A DNA stretch of 64,000 bases from the human T2T-CHM13v2.0 reference genome, Homo sapiens. Made by a program: the position numbers and the translations under genes. The stretch is from the NCBI RefSeq assembly GCF_009914755.1, contig NC_060945.1; one strand, 5' to 3'. Each line of letters begins with the position of its first letter. Positions within the stretch are counted from its first letter, which is position 1. Under the pieces are notes generated by a model, which had not been told where the DNA came from, searched no databases, and saw only the letters and a list, made by a program, of their open reading frames with translations. Positions 14,726 through 28,671 of the stretch are shown piece after piece.

Positions 14726-15879
14726 ATAGTGATTTGATGGAAGCAAACTATATATGGCATCTGAATGTATCTTGAAGACTATAATATTCTCCATTTGTAA
14801 AGTGTGATTTATAAATTCAGCATACAATAGTATATGATGCAAACACTTTCAATTAAAAACAAAAAGTTTTTGGACATTTAGAATGTCAAGAAAAGAACAA
14901 TGACAACAAAAAAATGGCTTTTTAAAAATATATTGTTCTTTTGGAAATTATTTCTACTCATTGACCTTAAAAAAAGATAAGTTCCTGATGATTTATCAAT
15001 GAAAAAAATCCTTGTCTAAATTATTCTAAATGAGAAAAACATACAGTATTTTCACAGTTTATATAGGCTGGGTCTTTTTACATTAAATTCTAAGTTCTCC
15101 TTTGAATTATATAGCATATAAATTGTTAACTTCTGTATTTTATAAATTATGGAATTAAATGCATATAAGCTATTTAACTTGGACAAGCTCATTGAAAATA
15201 TGTGATGGAGTTCAGGCTGTAGCCCAGATTTATTCAGTGTAAATCACATGTGCTTTACCCCACTGCAGTAGGGCAGATGGTGAAGAGGGGTCTAATGGCA
15301 AGCAGTCTAGGAAACCTTGCCAACTCCATTCATGTGAAGGAACCGCCAGGTTGTAAAGGGCTTATTCCAGGTAAATTAAATAACAGAAACCAAGGCTCTG
15401 TTTTTTTTTTTATTAATAACATAATCTGTAGTTTGGTACAAAAGGCTGCATACTTCTGAGTTCCATGTTGACCAGTGTCTGCATAGAGAACATTTTGGTT
15501 TTGATCGATAAAATTTGATGGTGAGTGTTCAAAAACTGTCATTATTTGGTTAGCTTCTACACTAATTGATAGTACAAGTAGGAAGAAAAAATATTGCTCA
15601 TTATAAAAATTGGCTCTAGCTAGAAATATATTTTGAAAGCTTGCAGACTAATAATCAAGTAAAAATTCAGAAAATATTAAAATAGTGGATCTCAGAATAA
15701 GAATGTGGAAAGTAAATCATTCATTCAGTCAGCCATTACACTAAAATTGTCAAATACCTATTAAATTTCTGGAATTACATTAAGTGGTGAAATACAAATT
15801 TGATATATACAAAGTACATCGACAAATGTTTACCAGTTCTTTGTTACTAAAAAAGAAAACCTCCCTATTGTCTGTATTT

Positions 15880-16490
15880 TTAATTTAACTTTTTATCTTT
15901 CAAAAATATTTTAATTGACAAATAATTGTATATATTTGTGTGATACAACGTAATGCTTTGATATATGTGTACATAGTGGAATTATTAAATGAAGCTAATT
16001 AGCAAGTCCATCACTTAACATACTTATTTTTTTGTAGTGAAAACATTTAAAATCTACTTTTTAAAACAATTTTGAAATATGCAATGCATTCTTATTTATC
16101 ATAGTCATTCTGTACAATAGATTGATAAAGCTTATTCCTCATATCTAACTGAAACCTTTTTATCCTTTTAGCAACATCTCCTCGTTTCCCAATCACCTGT
16201 GTTTCTATAACTCTGGTCATCTCCATTCTGTTCTCTACTTCTATGGGTTCACTTTCTAAGATTCTAGGTGTCAGTGAGATCCTGCCGTAGTAGTCTTTCT
16301 GTGCCTGGCTTATTAGCATTATGGCCTCTAGCTTTATCTCTGTTGTTGGAAATAACAGAATTTCCTTCCTTTTCAGCTGAATAGTATTCCATTGTGTATA
16401 TAAGACCACATTGTCTTTATCCATCTATCTGATGATGGACACTTAGTTTGTTTCCATATCTTAACTAATGTGAATCATACTGCAATGAAT
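15880..16490 (-). mobile_element. L1MA-type 3' end fragment
   Basis: Reverse L1 3'UTR and ORF2 C-terminus (the track peptide WNTIQLKRKEILLFPTTEIKLEAIM is L1-like). Confidence 0.85.
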
Positions 16491-17609
16491 GAATATCTTT
16501 TTGGCATCATGTTATCCATTTCTTTGTTATTTGTTCTTAACATTTAAGTAGGAGGAAAAGCTTTTGGAATTGCTATGAAGGGAAAGAGGTATATGGGAAA
16601 TGCATCAAAGCAGAAATGACAATAGCAGGAGAAATTATTGAAGAAAACATATAGGGAAAGATAATTATTCTCTGTGTATTTTGGACTCTCTTATTTCAAA
16701 AAATAAAACCAGATGAACTTTCAGCTAAGGTTTCATAAATAATTAAATTAATAATTCATACATAGAATGTAGAGATGAAGCAGGGAATCTTAAAAGAGAC
16801 ACAGAAAACCCATAGGGCAAAATACTTCCAACGTTTTAAGAGCCAAAGAAATAATATAATGTCAGTGCAGGCAGCAGTTGCATGAAACTCAGAGGTTTCA
16901 GTATTGTCCCAGAGGTTCAGTATTTCTATTAATAAAGAGCAAAAGTCTTACAACTATGGGAAGAAATAATTTAGAATGCATAGATATGTTCTCAGGCCAT
17001 CTGAGAATGAGAGTTACACCTTGAAAAAAGTCATAAAATACTATTACATTTTTTGTAGGGGAAATATTATAGCTCATAAAGTTTAGCAGAGGTTCAGTTA
17101 TTACTGATTGAAATGTGTTCGGTGCTATATTACCCTTTTTGGGGTTTTGGGTTTTAAGAAGTACAGACATGCTTGGGCTAACCAGTTGATGAAAATTTAT
17201 TTTACAGTTAAGAGATGTCGAGAAGGAAGCCTTCAAAGCTGTTGCCCATATTGCAGTTGGCTGACTTTGGCTTTGGTTATGACACCTGGTTCTGATAGTT
17301 GTGCCCATGGTGGCATGCCCACCATCACATGACTATCTAGCTTAAGAAACCTGAGACTATTCCTCTAAAAAGAAGTCTAGGCCACTCAAATGCTGCTTAG
17401 AAGATGGACGTGTTCCATGGCTTCCAAATCCATATTGCATCCACTAGAACAGGTCCTAAAGCTCACACACATCTGGGAGCCTTATGATGGAAAGAATAGA
17501 TAGAGGGTTGTATCGGTCCTATTCAAGGAAGGTCCTGTTCAAGGAAAGTAAGATAGAGTTGATCTTTAACATAATAAAAATATGAGGAAGATAAACAGCC
17601 ATGATTCTA

Positions 17610-17775
17610 GTTACTGTATGCCCATAAGGATCACCTGGAGAATGCTTTGTAATGATTATATTTGTTCCCTTTAATTATGAGTCAGTAGATCAGGGAATAG
17701 GACCCAAGCATGGGTAAATTTTAAGAGCTTCCAGTGTAATCTAATGTATAACCAGAGGTGATATCCATTGGTCCA
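17610..17775. mobile_element. MER5-like hAT-Charlie DNA transposon remnant
   Basis: ggatcacctggagaatgctt...tgagtcagtagatcaggg...ttttaagagcttccagtgtaatctaatg. Confidence 0.6.
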
Positions 17776-18264
17776 GTTTAGGAAGGATGTTTGTTTGTCT
17801 AAGTAACTGTAATAATGTGAGGCTGATTTAGGTTGGTGGCAAGTCCTTGAACAAGGAACACAGGCCATCCTCTTTTATTCATCTCCTAAAAGTTTTGACT
17901 AGCTAGCCAAAAGAATAAAACCCCTTTACTATAAAAGGAAACCTTTTGTTGCTCCCAAGAAGAAAAGAAAAAAATAGAAGTAACAAGAATGTCAAAACCC
18001 GTAGTAACTGGAAATGTTTATTTAGTATAAATTTGATGAATTGTAGTCAAATACAGTACACAATTTATGCATATTCTAATAAACCCATCATAAACTCTCA
18101 GGTACCTTGGTGCCTTTCCTTCTTAAAAGAATATGAAATTTTGTTATTGATAATACGAAGTTTTCACCCAAAAATTACCTTAAATAATTTTGTTTTTATT
18201 TGAATTTATCATATACGTTGTATATTAAATGCCAAAATTATATATAAGCCACAGTTAAAAAACA

Positions 18265-18563
18265 GGCCGAGTGCGGTGGCTCATGCCTGTAATCCCAGCA
18301 CTTTGGGAGGCTGAGGCAGTTGGATCACGAGGTCAAGAGATCGAGACCATCCTGGCCAACTTGATGAAACCCTGTCTCTACTAAAAATACAGAAATTAGC
18401 CGGGAGTGGTGGCAGGTGCCTGTAATCCCAGGTACTCAGGAGTCTGAGGCAGGAGAATCACTTGAACCTGGGAGGCGGAGGTTGCAGTGAGCCGAGATCG
18501 CGCCACTGCACTCCTACCTGGGGACAGAGTGAGACTCTGTCTAAAAAAAAAAAAAAAAAAAAA
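18265..18563 (+). mobile_element. Alu (AluSc-like), full length with A tail
   Basis: Starts ggccgagtgcggtggctca; diagnostic ggatcacgaggtcaagagatcgagaccatcctggccaac. Confidence 0.95.
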
Positions 18564-19464
18564 GGACATACGGTATTACAGCACTTCAATGTGATATCTG
18601 TTAACTTCATTGAATATCTGTTTTCCCAACTGCTTCCTTGAATTGAAACTGTAACACACAGAACCAGAAGTCCGAATTCTTCAAATCAAGATAGACATAA
18701 AATAACCAGTATTCAAGGGGGTATACACACTCCAAGGACTGATGTGAGGACTGAGAGTGTTGAGAGACATCTGGGATCACTCCTTACACATTTCTTCATT
18801 TTTCTATGTGGCGGCCGTACCATTCATCACCACTACATTTTATGCACATGCATTCCTCCAAGCTTTTGCTATTGTGTTTGCATAGGTACCTTTTTTTCTC
18901 TATATCACTCATTCTTCATTCAGAGGTCAACTATTATCAACTTCTCTGTATGCTACACTCGCCATTTCCATGCGTCAGATAATTAATGGCTAACTCCCTT
19001 GTAATTCCACAAACTTTTCTGTCTTACCACATTCTATGTTCATATGTGAGTGATTGCATATGTGTTCGACCCTTCTTTTGTTTTGTTTGTAAGTTGCTTG
19101 ATAACATGGGCATCACTTTTCCTTTTGGCATAAGCATCAGTTTTCGCTGTCCTTGGATGTACATGGGAAGTTGTTTTCTCACACAGACAGAAAAGTAATG
19201 GCATCCACCTGCAGTGGCCAGACGTGTCCACTCAGGAAGATTGTCAGGAAGACCCATGAAGATAATGTGGGTCAAGGTATCTCCTTCTTTGGACCCAAAT
19301 TGCCCGAGATTGCCTCTTTAAACATGTGCCTAAATATTTCACTGCACTGATTCCCCAAAATCATGTTGTAAACACCAAAGTTCATAAACTGTTTGTTTCA
19401 TAATTTTATTTCTCAGATACTTTTTCCTAAAACCCTCAGTTACATTATTTCTTTCTTTCTTCCC

Positions 19465-19627
19465 TGAGGGAGAGGAAGTTAGGTGGATGGTAGATGATAG
19501 ATAGGGAGATGGTAGAGAGATAAATGGCAGATGGTTAGTGAGAGAGATAAGGAAGATAAGGAGGATAAGGAAGAGAAGGAAGGAAGGTAAGTAGGTAGAT
19601 AGGTTAGATATGTGTTGATAGACAGTA
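19465..19627. repeat. Purine-rich low-complexity (GATA/GGAA-like) tract
   Basis: Read directly from the sequence. Confidence 0.8.
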
Positions 19628-20107
19628 GATATGGTTTTAAAATATGTCCATAAATTTTGGATACCTGTCTTTTCAAGTTAGGAAGTCTAATTTCCTCCAC
19701 TTTGGTGTGGATTGTACTTAATGACTTACTTCTGACAAATAAATTATAGCTAAAATGACAGCGTACTACTTTGAAGACTAGTGATAAAAGGTACTGAGCC
19801 TTTTCCTCCCTTGCTGTCTCTTGGATCCCTCAACTTTGGGGAAGTTATCTGCCATGCCACTCAACCAGCCCATGAAGAGTCTCATGGGAATTGAGGTTTC
19901 TTACTGCCAGTCATGTAAGTGAGTGATCTGGGAAGTGAACTGTCCAAATGATATCCTGACTGCAAGCTCATGAGCTTATAAGATCCTAGCCAAAACCACT
20001 CAGCTAAGCCACTCCTGAGTTCTCGATCTCGGTAAACTATGAGGTAAATATTTGTTGTTTTAGGTGATTATTTTTGGGGTAATTTGATAGCAGAAATAGA
20101 TAATATA
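19628..20107 (+). mobile_element. MaLR solo LTR (MLT1F-like)
   Basis: ...atcctgactgcaagctcatgag...aaccactcagctaagccactcctgagttctc...ttttggggtaatttgatagcagaaatagataat, the MLT1 3' signature. Confidence 0.8.
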
Positions 20108-20740
20108 GTGGATGAGAGACAAATTGATAGATGATAAATCAGAGAGAAGTAGAAAAATTAAAATATACCAATATATTTGCATACAAAGAGATATGTTATT
20201 ACAGAAATATGTTTGAAAATTCAAAAACGTATGTAATAATAAAGTGATAGTTGTTATTTTATGTAAATTAATTTTGCCACAAATTTGAGGTTTTGGTAGT
20301 AACAAATTGCATATAAATCTGTGAGCTTTTATTCTCTATTTCATCTTTATTGCAGTTTCTAGATATTCTTAATAATCACATTGATTGAAAATAAGCAAAA
20401 TAAATCCATGAAAAGTTATCTGTTCAATGTAATTTTCTCACTCTCAATATTTGGTTCAAATTTTAAATTTAAACATGCATTTTTGAAACTTTTCAGAAAA
20501 CTGTCAATTATATTTTTCTATCTTCTGAAGTACCGTGGCTGTAAATGTACTGTATGGATGGGAAGACTAAGGCAACATAGCTAGTGAGTGGCTAGTATGT
20601 AAATTATGGGCTAGCATGTGAATTATTGAACTTGCACTTTATCTTGAATAATAGCATTTAACCTACTGGGTAAACAGCTTCCCATTGCACTGTCTCTGTA
20701 GTCTGTCTCATAGAGTTTAATATGTTTAAAAAAAAAATTA

Positions 20741-21071
<331 letters not shown>

Positions 21072-21471
21072 CTAGGGCTGTTTCAAGGAAATCTATTAAA
21101 GAGAAACGAAATACAAAATTAATTTCTGAAATTAAAAGTTTAAGATCTCTTTTATCTTAGAATATCTGCATTTCACTAATTATGCTTTGGGTGAATGAAA
21201 ATCTATCTAGGTATTCCTAAAATTATTACTGTGAAAGTGAAATATAGCTACCCTATAATTTATGCTGAATTATTTTTATCTCATCAGGAATTTTGTGTTG
21301 GATGAAATGAGTCACCCTGTAATCACATTGTTTATCTTAACCAGTGTTTGCTTTAGATAGAGTCATATTTCTATGTAATTACAGTATTACGTTTAAAGGT
21401 ATGAAGAATGCACACTTGTTTCTACTCACATCTGCTTTATTTTTATTGTCCAGTACATACTTTTTATGATT

Positions 21472-21509
21472 TTATCATAATAGGAATCAATTATCATAGT
21501 AGGAATCAA
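21472..21509. repeat. 19-bp tandem duplication (TTATCATA[A/G]TAGGAATCAA x2)
   Basis: Read directly from the sequence; one mismatch. Confidence 0.85.
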
Positions 21510-22218
21510 TTTATCTGAATGAAAATATTTTTCTACTAATGCTCATCACTGCCAGTAGAATTTGTTTTCCTGCCTTCTTTCCTCCTTCTATTCCTCGTCC
21601 TTTTCTCCTTTCCCTTCTTCCTTCTTTCTCTTCAATTCTTTTAATTTATGAGTTTAAACTGACTTTAAATTCCTGTAGTTGGGGATAAGGCATATACAGA
21701 GGACAGAATGTGAGGGAAGAGGCACTTGTGCATGTGTGTGTGATATCTTTGAGTTTTTCAATTCAATTAAATAGACAATAATATTATATAAGTATGTGTA
21801 TAAATAAGTAAACTCTACATGTATATTGGAATTCTTCCCTGAATTGACAAAAAAGTATTATTTCCATTTTATAGATGTAAATCTTCAGGAACAAAAAGTC
21901 CAATTGACTTGTTTGTATGCTTAATTCTTCTCAGAGCTTATTTAAAAAAAAACATACAGTTATATAAAAGTAACCCGAATTATGATTTCCAATCTACTTT
22001 TCTTTCTATTTATTTGATGAATTAAATGTTAATATTCCCTCATCATTTAAATAATTTCATTTTGATTATCATTAAACAATTGAGTAACCTTACTTTTCTT
22101 CCTCTTTATAATCTTCCAATGTTCTTTAAAAAAAAATTCCTTGAAACACAGGAAAAAATTGTCACATCTTAGTCTTTGCTCTCTTGTGAAAAAAGTCCAT
22201 TAAGATTTATGAATTTCT

Positions 22219-22554
<336 letters not shown>

Positions 22555-23194
22555 TCACATTAAGGGCATAGACTGATTGAACTTGCACTTTATCTTGAAT
22601 AATGGCATTTAACCTATTGGGTTAACAGTTTTGAGGCTCCCAAATAAATGTCCAGGTATCTGCTGAATTGTTTGACTGCCTGGGTTATAAAAATATCTTG
22701 AAGGTCAGATAATGCTAATGTTTGAGAAATGCATTTTTTATCCCTGATCTAGCTTTCCTTACCAATTATGAGGTAAAAATAGTAATAAAATAATAATAAT
22801 GATAATTACACTGTTAACTAATGTTACCTAGAATCTAAATCAAAAAGAATGATTTTCCCAATATCCATGATCCTTTCCTCAGTTACATATTCCAGTCTTC
22901 TGAAATAGGATTCCACAAGAGAATTAAATTTATGGAAAATGATTAGAGTGATTATTTTCACATTTCTCTCAAGCATGATCTTTAGCTAATACAATTATTG
23001 ATGCACTTGAGAAAAGTTACTACATTGCATACAATTCAGCACTGAAGCTTAATTTTTACATAGAACTGTGGTTCATAACTGCTGGAACCCCAAGATACTG
23101 AAACAATACCCACCTGCCCCACCTTGCTCCTTACCCAACCAGGGCAGTTAGTTCGAGCTCATCATTAGGATGAGCTCCATCTTCAGGTTTATTA

Positions 23195-23335
23195 TAAACA
23201 TCTTTTCACATTTCTGAAATTTGGATGTGTCTTACAGCCACCGTGTACTTCAGTCAAGTCACATTTTCTTTGTTTCCTGACAAATTTGTGCTAAGATAAT
23301 GACCTGCCTTACAATAAATGGCTTCTTAGAATCTA
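23195..23335. mobile_element. MER104-like (TcMar-Tc2) remnant
   Basis: ttttcacatttctgaaatttggatgtgtcttaca...cttacaataaatggcttcttagaatc. Confidence 0.55.
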
Positions 23336-24850
23336 GTACTTTCTTTAGCAGACAATCAGCACCCCCACAATTATTTATTTATTTATTTGTTTAAGTATTT
23401 TTGTCTGTTCTTTAGGTCAATAATAGAGTGTCCCTACAAGGAACAAGAGATTTTCCACAGATGAAAAAACAGTTGTTAAAATTTAATATGAATAAACTGT
23501 TCATAGTCAAGTTTTCTTCTATTAAATTATTTGAATCTATGAATTTTTCTATGAGATTAGACTGCGGTAAAATATGACGTCTGATTTAGCACATCCACAT
23601 GTATTTAATTGTTGTAAGAGTAATGAATGAAGCATACCACCAAGTGTATCATGCCTCTCTCTGGTCTGGCATTTGAATGATTTCAAGAACCACTGCCCTC
23701 AGGTCCTCTTTTGTGCTGTTTGAAAATGTGCAGTAATAGGTTCGGATAGACTAATCTGTGCCTAAGTGATAGCTAATATATCTTCCTCCCAGGTAGTATT
23801 TAGCTTGATTAAAATGGACAGGTCAACATAAGGCATTTCTAGTGGGAATTTCAAGCACCACTGAAAGCTAATTGAGCAAGACAAAGCTTATAAAGAAGAA
23901 AGTGCACTTGAGTTACCAAAATTCTAACTGGATGCTAGAAAAAATTGTATTTGCATTAAATTTGTTACAAGCACTATGGTCCTTCTCAACTCATGCTCTC
24001 TAGGGAGGTGCGTACTTTACCTATGAGTTTAATCTCATTACTCGTTAGCAAATTAGAGAAAAGTTGCTGTTGACATGTCACATAATGCAACCATAGGTGC
24101 TGTGTATTTACAAAGTTTGCATTTGATGGACAGAGCATTTCGAGGAATGCATAAAAATATGATTAGGCTATTTTTTCTAACAATAAGCAAAGAAATTATA
24201 AATATATGCAACACATGGGTCAGTAAGTCTAAGGCTTACACAGACTGTGGAAGGTAACAATTATTAGTGAAGAGACCAGGTGGAGACCCCTGCAAATCTA
24301 AGTGTGAATGGTTTCGCAGAAGTCATATGTTTTTTTCAAATTAAAATTCATGTTTTTAAAAAACAACGTTGTGGGACAAACAAAACATTTCTACTAGTCA
24401 CACTATATCCACAGATTTCCATTTTGTAATCTATGACAGAAAATTTCAACTGCAAACTTTCACTTCATTATGAATATATTATAAAGTGTATTAAATTTCA
24501 TCCAGTGGTAAAGGATGATCCTGGAATATGTAGAATAAGTATTTAACGAATTTCTTTCTGGTCCACTTGTATTTTATTCATGGAAAACAGTTTTGATCAG
24601 AGATGTTCCTCTGTAGCTATGCTAATATTACATGATCATAATTGCTTTTTGTTTATGAGATTATATGTCCTCCACTAGTGCAGAACCAGATGAAACTTAG
24701 GTTTAACCTGGCATGATTATTTTTAACACCTGGCTTATCTATTCTCTTTCCTGGGGAAAGGATTAAATGTGTCGTGATTTTTTTTCCTTATTGATTATAA
24801 GTCATTAGAGAAAGCTAAGTGCTCTTTATCTAACGTAAGCCAGAATTATT

Positions 24851-25965
24851 ATTTTATTTTATTTTATTATACTTTAAGTTCCAGGATACATGTGCAGAAT
24901 GTGCAGGTTTGTTACGTAGGTATACATGTGCCATGGTGGTTTGCTGCACCCATCAACTCATCATCTAGGTTTTAAGCCCCACATGCATTAGATTTTTGTC
25001 TTAATGCTCTCCCTCTCCTTGCCCCCCACCCCCTGTGTTGTTCCCCTCCCTGTGTCCATGTGTTCTCATCATTCAGCTCCCACTTATGAGTGAGAACATG
25101 TGTGCTGATTTTCTGTTCCTGTGTTAGCTTGCTGAGAATCATGGCTTCCAGCTTCATCCATGTCCCTGCAAAGGACATGATCTCATTGTTTTTTATGGCT
25201 ACATAGTATTCCATGGTGTCTGTGTGCCACATTTTATGTATCCAGTCTATCATTGATGCGCATTTGAGTTGGTTACAAGACTCTGTTATTGTGAATAGTG
25301 CTGCAGTAAACATACGTGTGCCTTTGGGAATATACCCAGTAATGGGATTACAGGGTCAAGTGGTATTTCTGGTTCTAGATCTTTGAGGAATCACCACGCT
25401 GTCTTCTACAATGGTTGAATATCCTTTACCCACTTTTTGATGTTTTTTTTTTTTTTTCTTGTAAATTTCTTTAAGTTTCTTTTAGATTCTGGATTTTAGA
25501 CCTTTGTCAGATGAGTAGATTGCAAAAATGTTCTCCCATTCTGTTGGTTGCCTGTTCACTCTGATGCTAGTTCCTTATGCTGTGCAGAAGCTCTTTAGTT
25601 AAATTAGATCCTGTTTGTCAATTTTGGCTTTTGCTGCAATTGCTTTTGGTGTTTTAATCATGAAGTCATTGCCTATGCCTATGTCCTGAATAATATCACC
25701 TAGGTTTTCTTCTAGGGTTTTTATAGTTTGGGGTTCAAAGGATATGAACAGACCCTTTTCAAAAGAAGACATTATGTGGCCAACAAGCATGGAAAAAAAA
25801 GCTTAACATTACTGGTTATTAGAGAAATGCAAATCAAAACCACAATGAGATACCATCTCATGCCAGTTAGAATGGTGATTATTAAAATGTAAGGAAACGA
25901 TAGATGCTGGCGAGGCTGTGGAGAAATAGGAACCCTTTTACACTCTTGATGGGAGTGTAAATTAG
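24851..25965 (-). mobile_element. 5'-truncated L1PA8-like element with internal rearrangement (distal 230 bp on the + strand)
   Basis: Reverse L1 3' end (ctaggttttaagccccacatgcattag); orientation switch at 25735/25736; flanking AGAATTATT repeats at 24842-24850 and 25964-25972. Confidence 0.92.
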
Positions 25966-27034
25966 AATTATTCTTAACAAGATAACTTTGTGTATCCCTG
26001 AATCAAACTTTATTTGCTGTATAAGCTATCCAAATATGCCCTTAAAATATAATCTTTATTATATAAAATTATATGATACAATATATAAGATATATACTCT
26101 CCTTTATTATATAAAATATAATCAATTATTATAACCCATATAATATATACGATATAATCTAATCACCTTCATTATATAAGACACAATCTAGTCAATCAAT
26201 TATAGAATATGCCAAAGCACCTGAGAGCTACGAAAGAAAATTTTTCAAAACTGAAATCAAAATGAAACAAGAGTGACATATGTAGAGCTGCTTGATGCTG
26301 TAAACAGTAATGCAGTTTTATATCAAGCAGCTAAACAAATGAAGCTATTTCCACACCCGTACACTCTTACTACATTTTTAAACACTTGAGAAATTATGCT
26401 GGATAAACCAGTAGCCAAAATAAAGTAAAGTGAAAATGAATTCATCTCGTGTCAAACCTCCAAAACTGTTATTTTTCTTTATTTTCTCCTGTCTACTCTC
26501 CCTCCCCTGATTTCCTTCCTTCCTGTTCTTGCAGGGACATTGCTATCTTACCACTCAGACAAGTCAAGCCTTACATTTTATGTCTCACATATATATTGAT
26601 GATCATCTCTTTTAGTGAACATCCGAAGCATTATCATAATCTTACTCCAGATTGTCAAATCTCCCAGCACTAAAAGCTAATGGAAAACTGGCCATTTTTC
26701 TCATTCCATGTGTTTTTTATTTTACTTTTCCATCTTCCCTTTTCTCTGATCTTGATTTCTCAATAATTAGAAACCGACATCATTGAACTGCTTCTTCTAA
26801 AGTCCTTTTACAACTCTCTGCCATTATTACTGTTACCCTTCTTTTTACAACTATCACACTTTGCTTATGCACTTCTCTCACATTCTTTCCTGAATATCAA
26901 CATGGATGGTTATGTTTCAAGTTTCCTACGAAATTCATTAAGCAATTTGAATGGAAGTGGGTTCATTTTGGTAATTTTTAATAGTATTGAGAACAATTCC
27001 TCCTTTACATGGTAGTTCCTCAGTAAGCACTACT

Positions 27035-27393
27035 TATTATGGTCTGAATGTTTGTCTTTTCCAAATTCATGTGCTGAAACTTTATTACCAGTAGTATAGT
27101 ATTAGGTGGTGGGGCCTTTGGGAGGTGATTAGGTCATTGGAGCCCTTATAAATGGAATTGGTGCCCTTTTAAAGAGACCTCAGAGAACTGCCTTGCCCCT
27201 TCCACAATGCGAGGACACAGCTAGAAGGCTCCATCAATGAACCAGAAAACAAACCTCACCAGAATCTGTGAGAATCTGGAATACCTGAATCTTTGACTTG
27301 CCAGCCTTCAAAATAGTAAGAAATAAATGTTTGTTCTTTATAAGCAACATAATTTTTGGTAATTTGTTATAGCAGGCCAAACATACTAAGACA
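27035..27393 (+). mobile_element. MaLR solo LTR (MLT1A-like)
   Basis: tatggtctgaatgtttgtc...ggtggggcctttgggaggtgattaggtca...tttgttatagcaggccaaacatactaagaca. Confidence 0.88.
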
Positions 27394-27899
27394 TTATTTG
27401 GATGAACTAGCCTAAAATTAACCAAAATTTAGAAATGGTTTGTTTTTACACTAGAAAAGTATTCAAACTTAAAATGCTTACGCTATGAACTTGTAGATAT
27501 CAGGGAAATCGCTTAAACACTTGAGTTCTAAGGCCCAGTAGGTAACGAGCCTAGATTTCAGACACAGAATTACTAGTGATTTATATGCTCAGGCTTTTGG
27601 CATCAGACCTCAGTGAAATATCCTTGATTTTATCCGAGTATACAGGAATTTTCAAAATGCAGAGGGATTATAAAATTTAAGACCTATGGAGGATGCCCAA
27701 TTTTAAGAATCAAAAAGGAGAATATAACAATTTGTCAAACCAAAAACTTACACCAGAAAATAAAGTACCAAAACAAGGGTACAATCTCAGGAGACTGAAA
27801 ATCAAGGCAGTAAATATTCATTTTATTTAGTTTCATTTGTCTTATTTATATTTTTGTCTCAGCTTAGTATCAAAAGCCGCACTTAGCACATTTAGCGTA

Positions 27900-28085
27900 T
27901 TATTCCTTTTATTTCTTAGACAGAATTTATAACATAAATGCTACTCATCTGCCACTTGGCAAGTGAAGAATCTGAAACTGAAAAATCATGAAATTTGACT
28001 GAAGTTACACAGCTATTAAGTCGCAACGCCAGCCTATCTACTCAGGTTTGTTGTTGAAACTTGAGCTTTTAATCACTCATAACCC
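27900..28085 (-). mobile_element. MIR remnant
   Basis: aagtgaagaatctgaaactg...tttgactgaagttacacagctattaagt. Confidence 0.55.
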
Positions 28086-28594
28086 TGGCTTGGAAATCTA
28101 GGTCAATTGCCTGCAATAGAAGATGTTCTTTATAGCTTGAATTTTAATCTGCTAGTTAAGTCGTGTTTGTGGATGATCAGAAAATGGCATGTTGATCAAT
28201 TGACACACTTTTCTCCTCAAGTTTCCTCTTCTTCCTTCTTCTGGAGCATTATTTTGAAAAAAGGTGAACTTTAATGTCTAGACCATAACAAGTCATCTGG
28301 ACCATAATCTTCTTACCATGCTAATGGCTGAAGTTGGCCCTATGATATTATGAAGCTCATTTCACCATTTCCTTTGCACATTCTAGTTGTAAAGAGCTGT
28401 AATGGAACAGGATACTTCTAAAGCAGGAAAAAATATGCATGAAGTATGTGTAGGGGTGTTAGAATAAGAAGATCACCTCGGCGATAGGGTTATAGGCCCT
28501 CCATTTGTGGCAAGGTTGTTTATGGCACAACAGATGTGAATACAGGCAGATGTTACATACGTTATTTCTAACAATATGTACCCACTGGATAATA

Positions 28595-28597
<3 letters not shown>

Positions 28598-28629
<32 letters not shown>

Positions 28630-28640
28630 CCCACATAGCA

Positions 28641-28671
<31 letters not shown>
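28598..28671. repeat. Two adjacent (TG)~12 microsatellites
   Basis: Read directly from the sequence. Confidence 0.95.

Noticed and set aside
17221-17295. Translation PILQLADFGFG resembling a kinase DFG motif
   Set aside because: A stop follows four codons later and no HRD or APE motifs flank it; most likely chance.
23155-23177. Perfect 9-bp hairpin GAGCTCATC-attag-GATGAGCTC
   Set aside because: A few stems of this length are expected by chance in 64 kb, and there is no supporting context.
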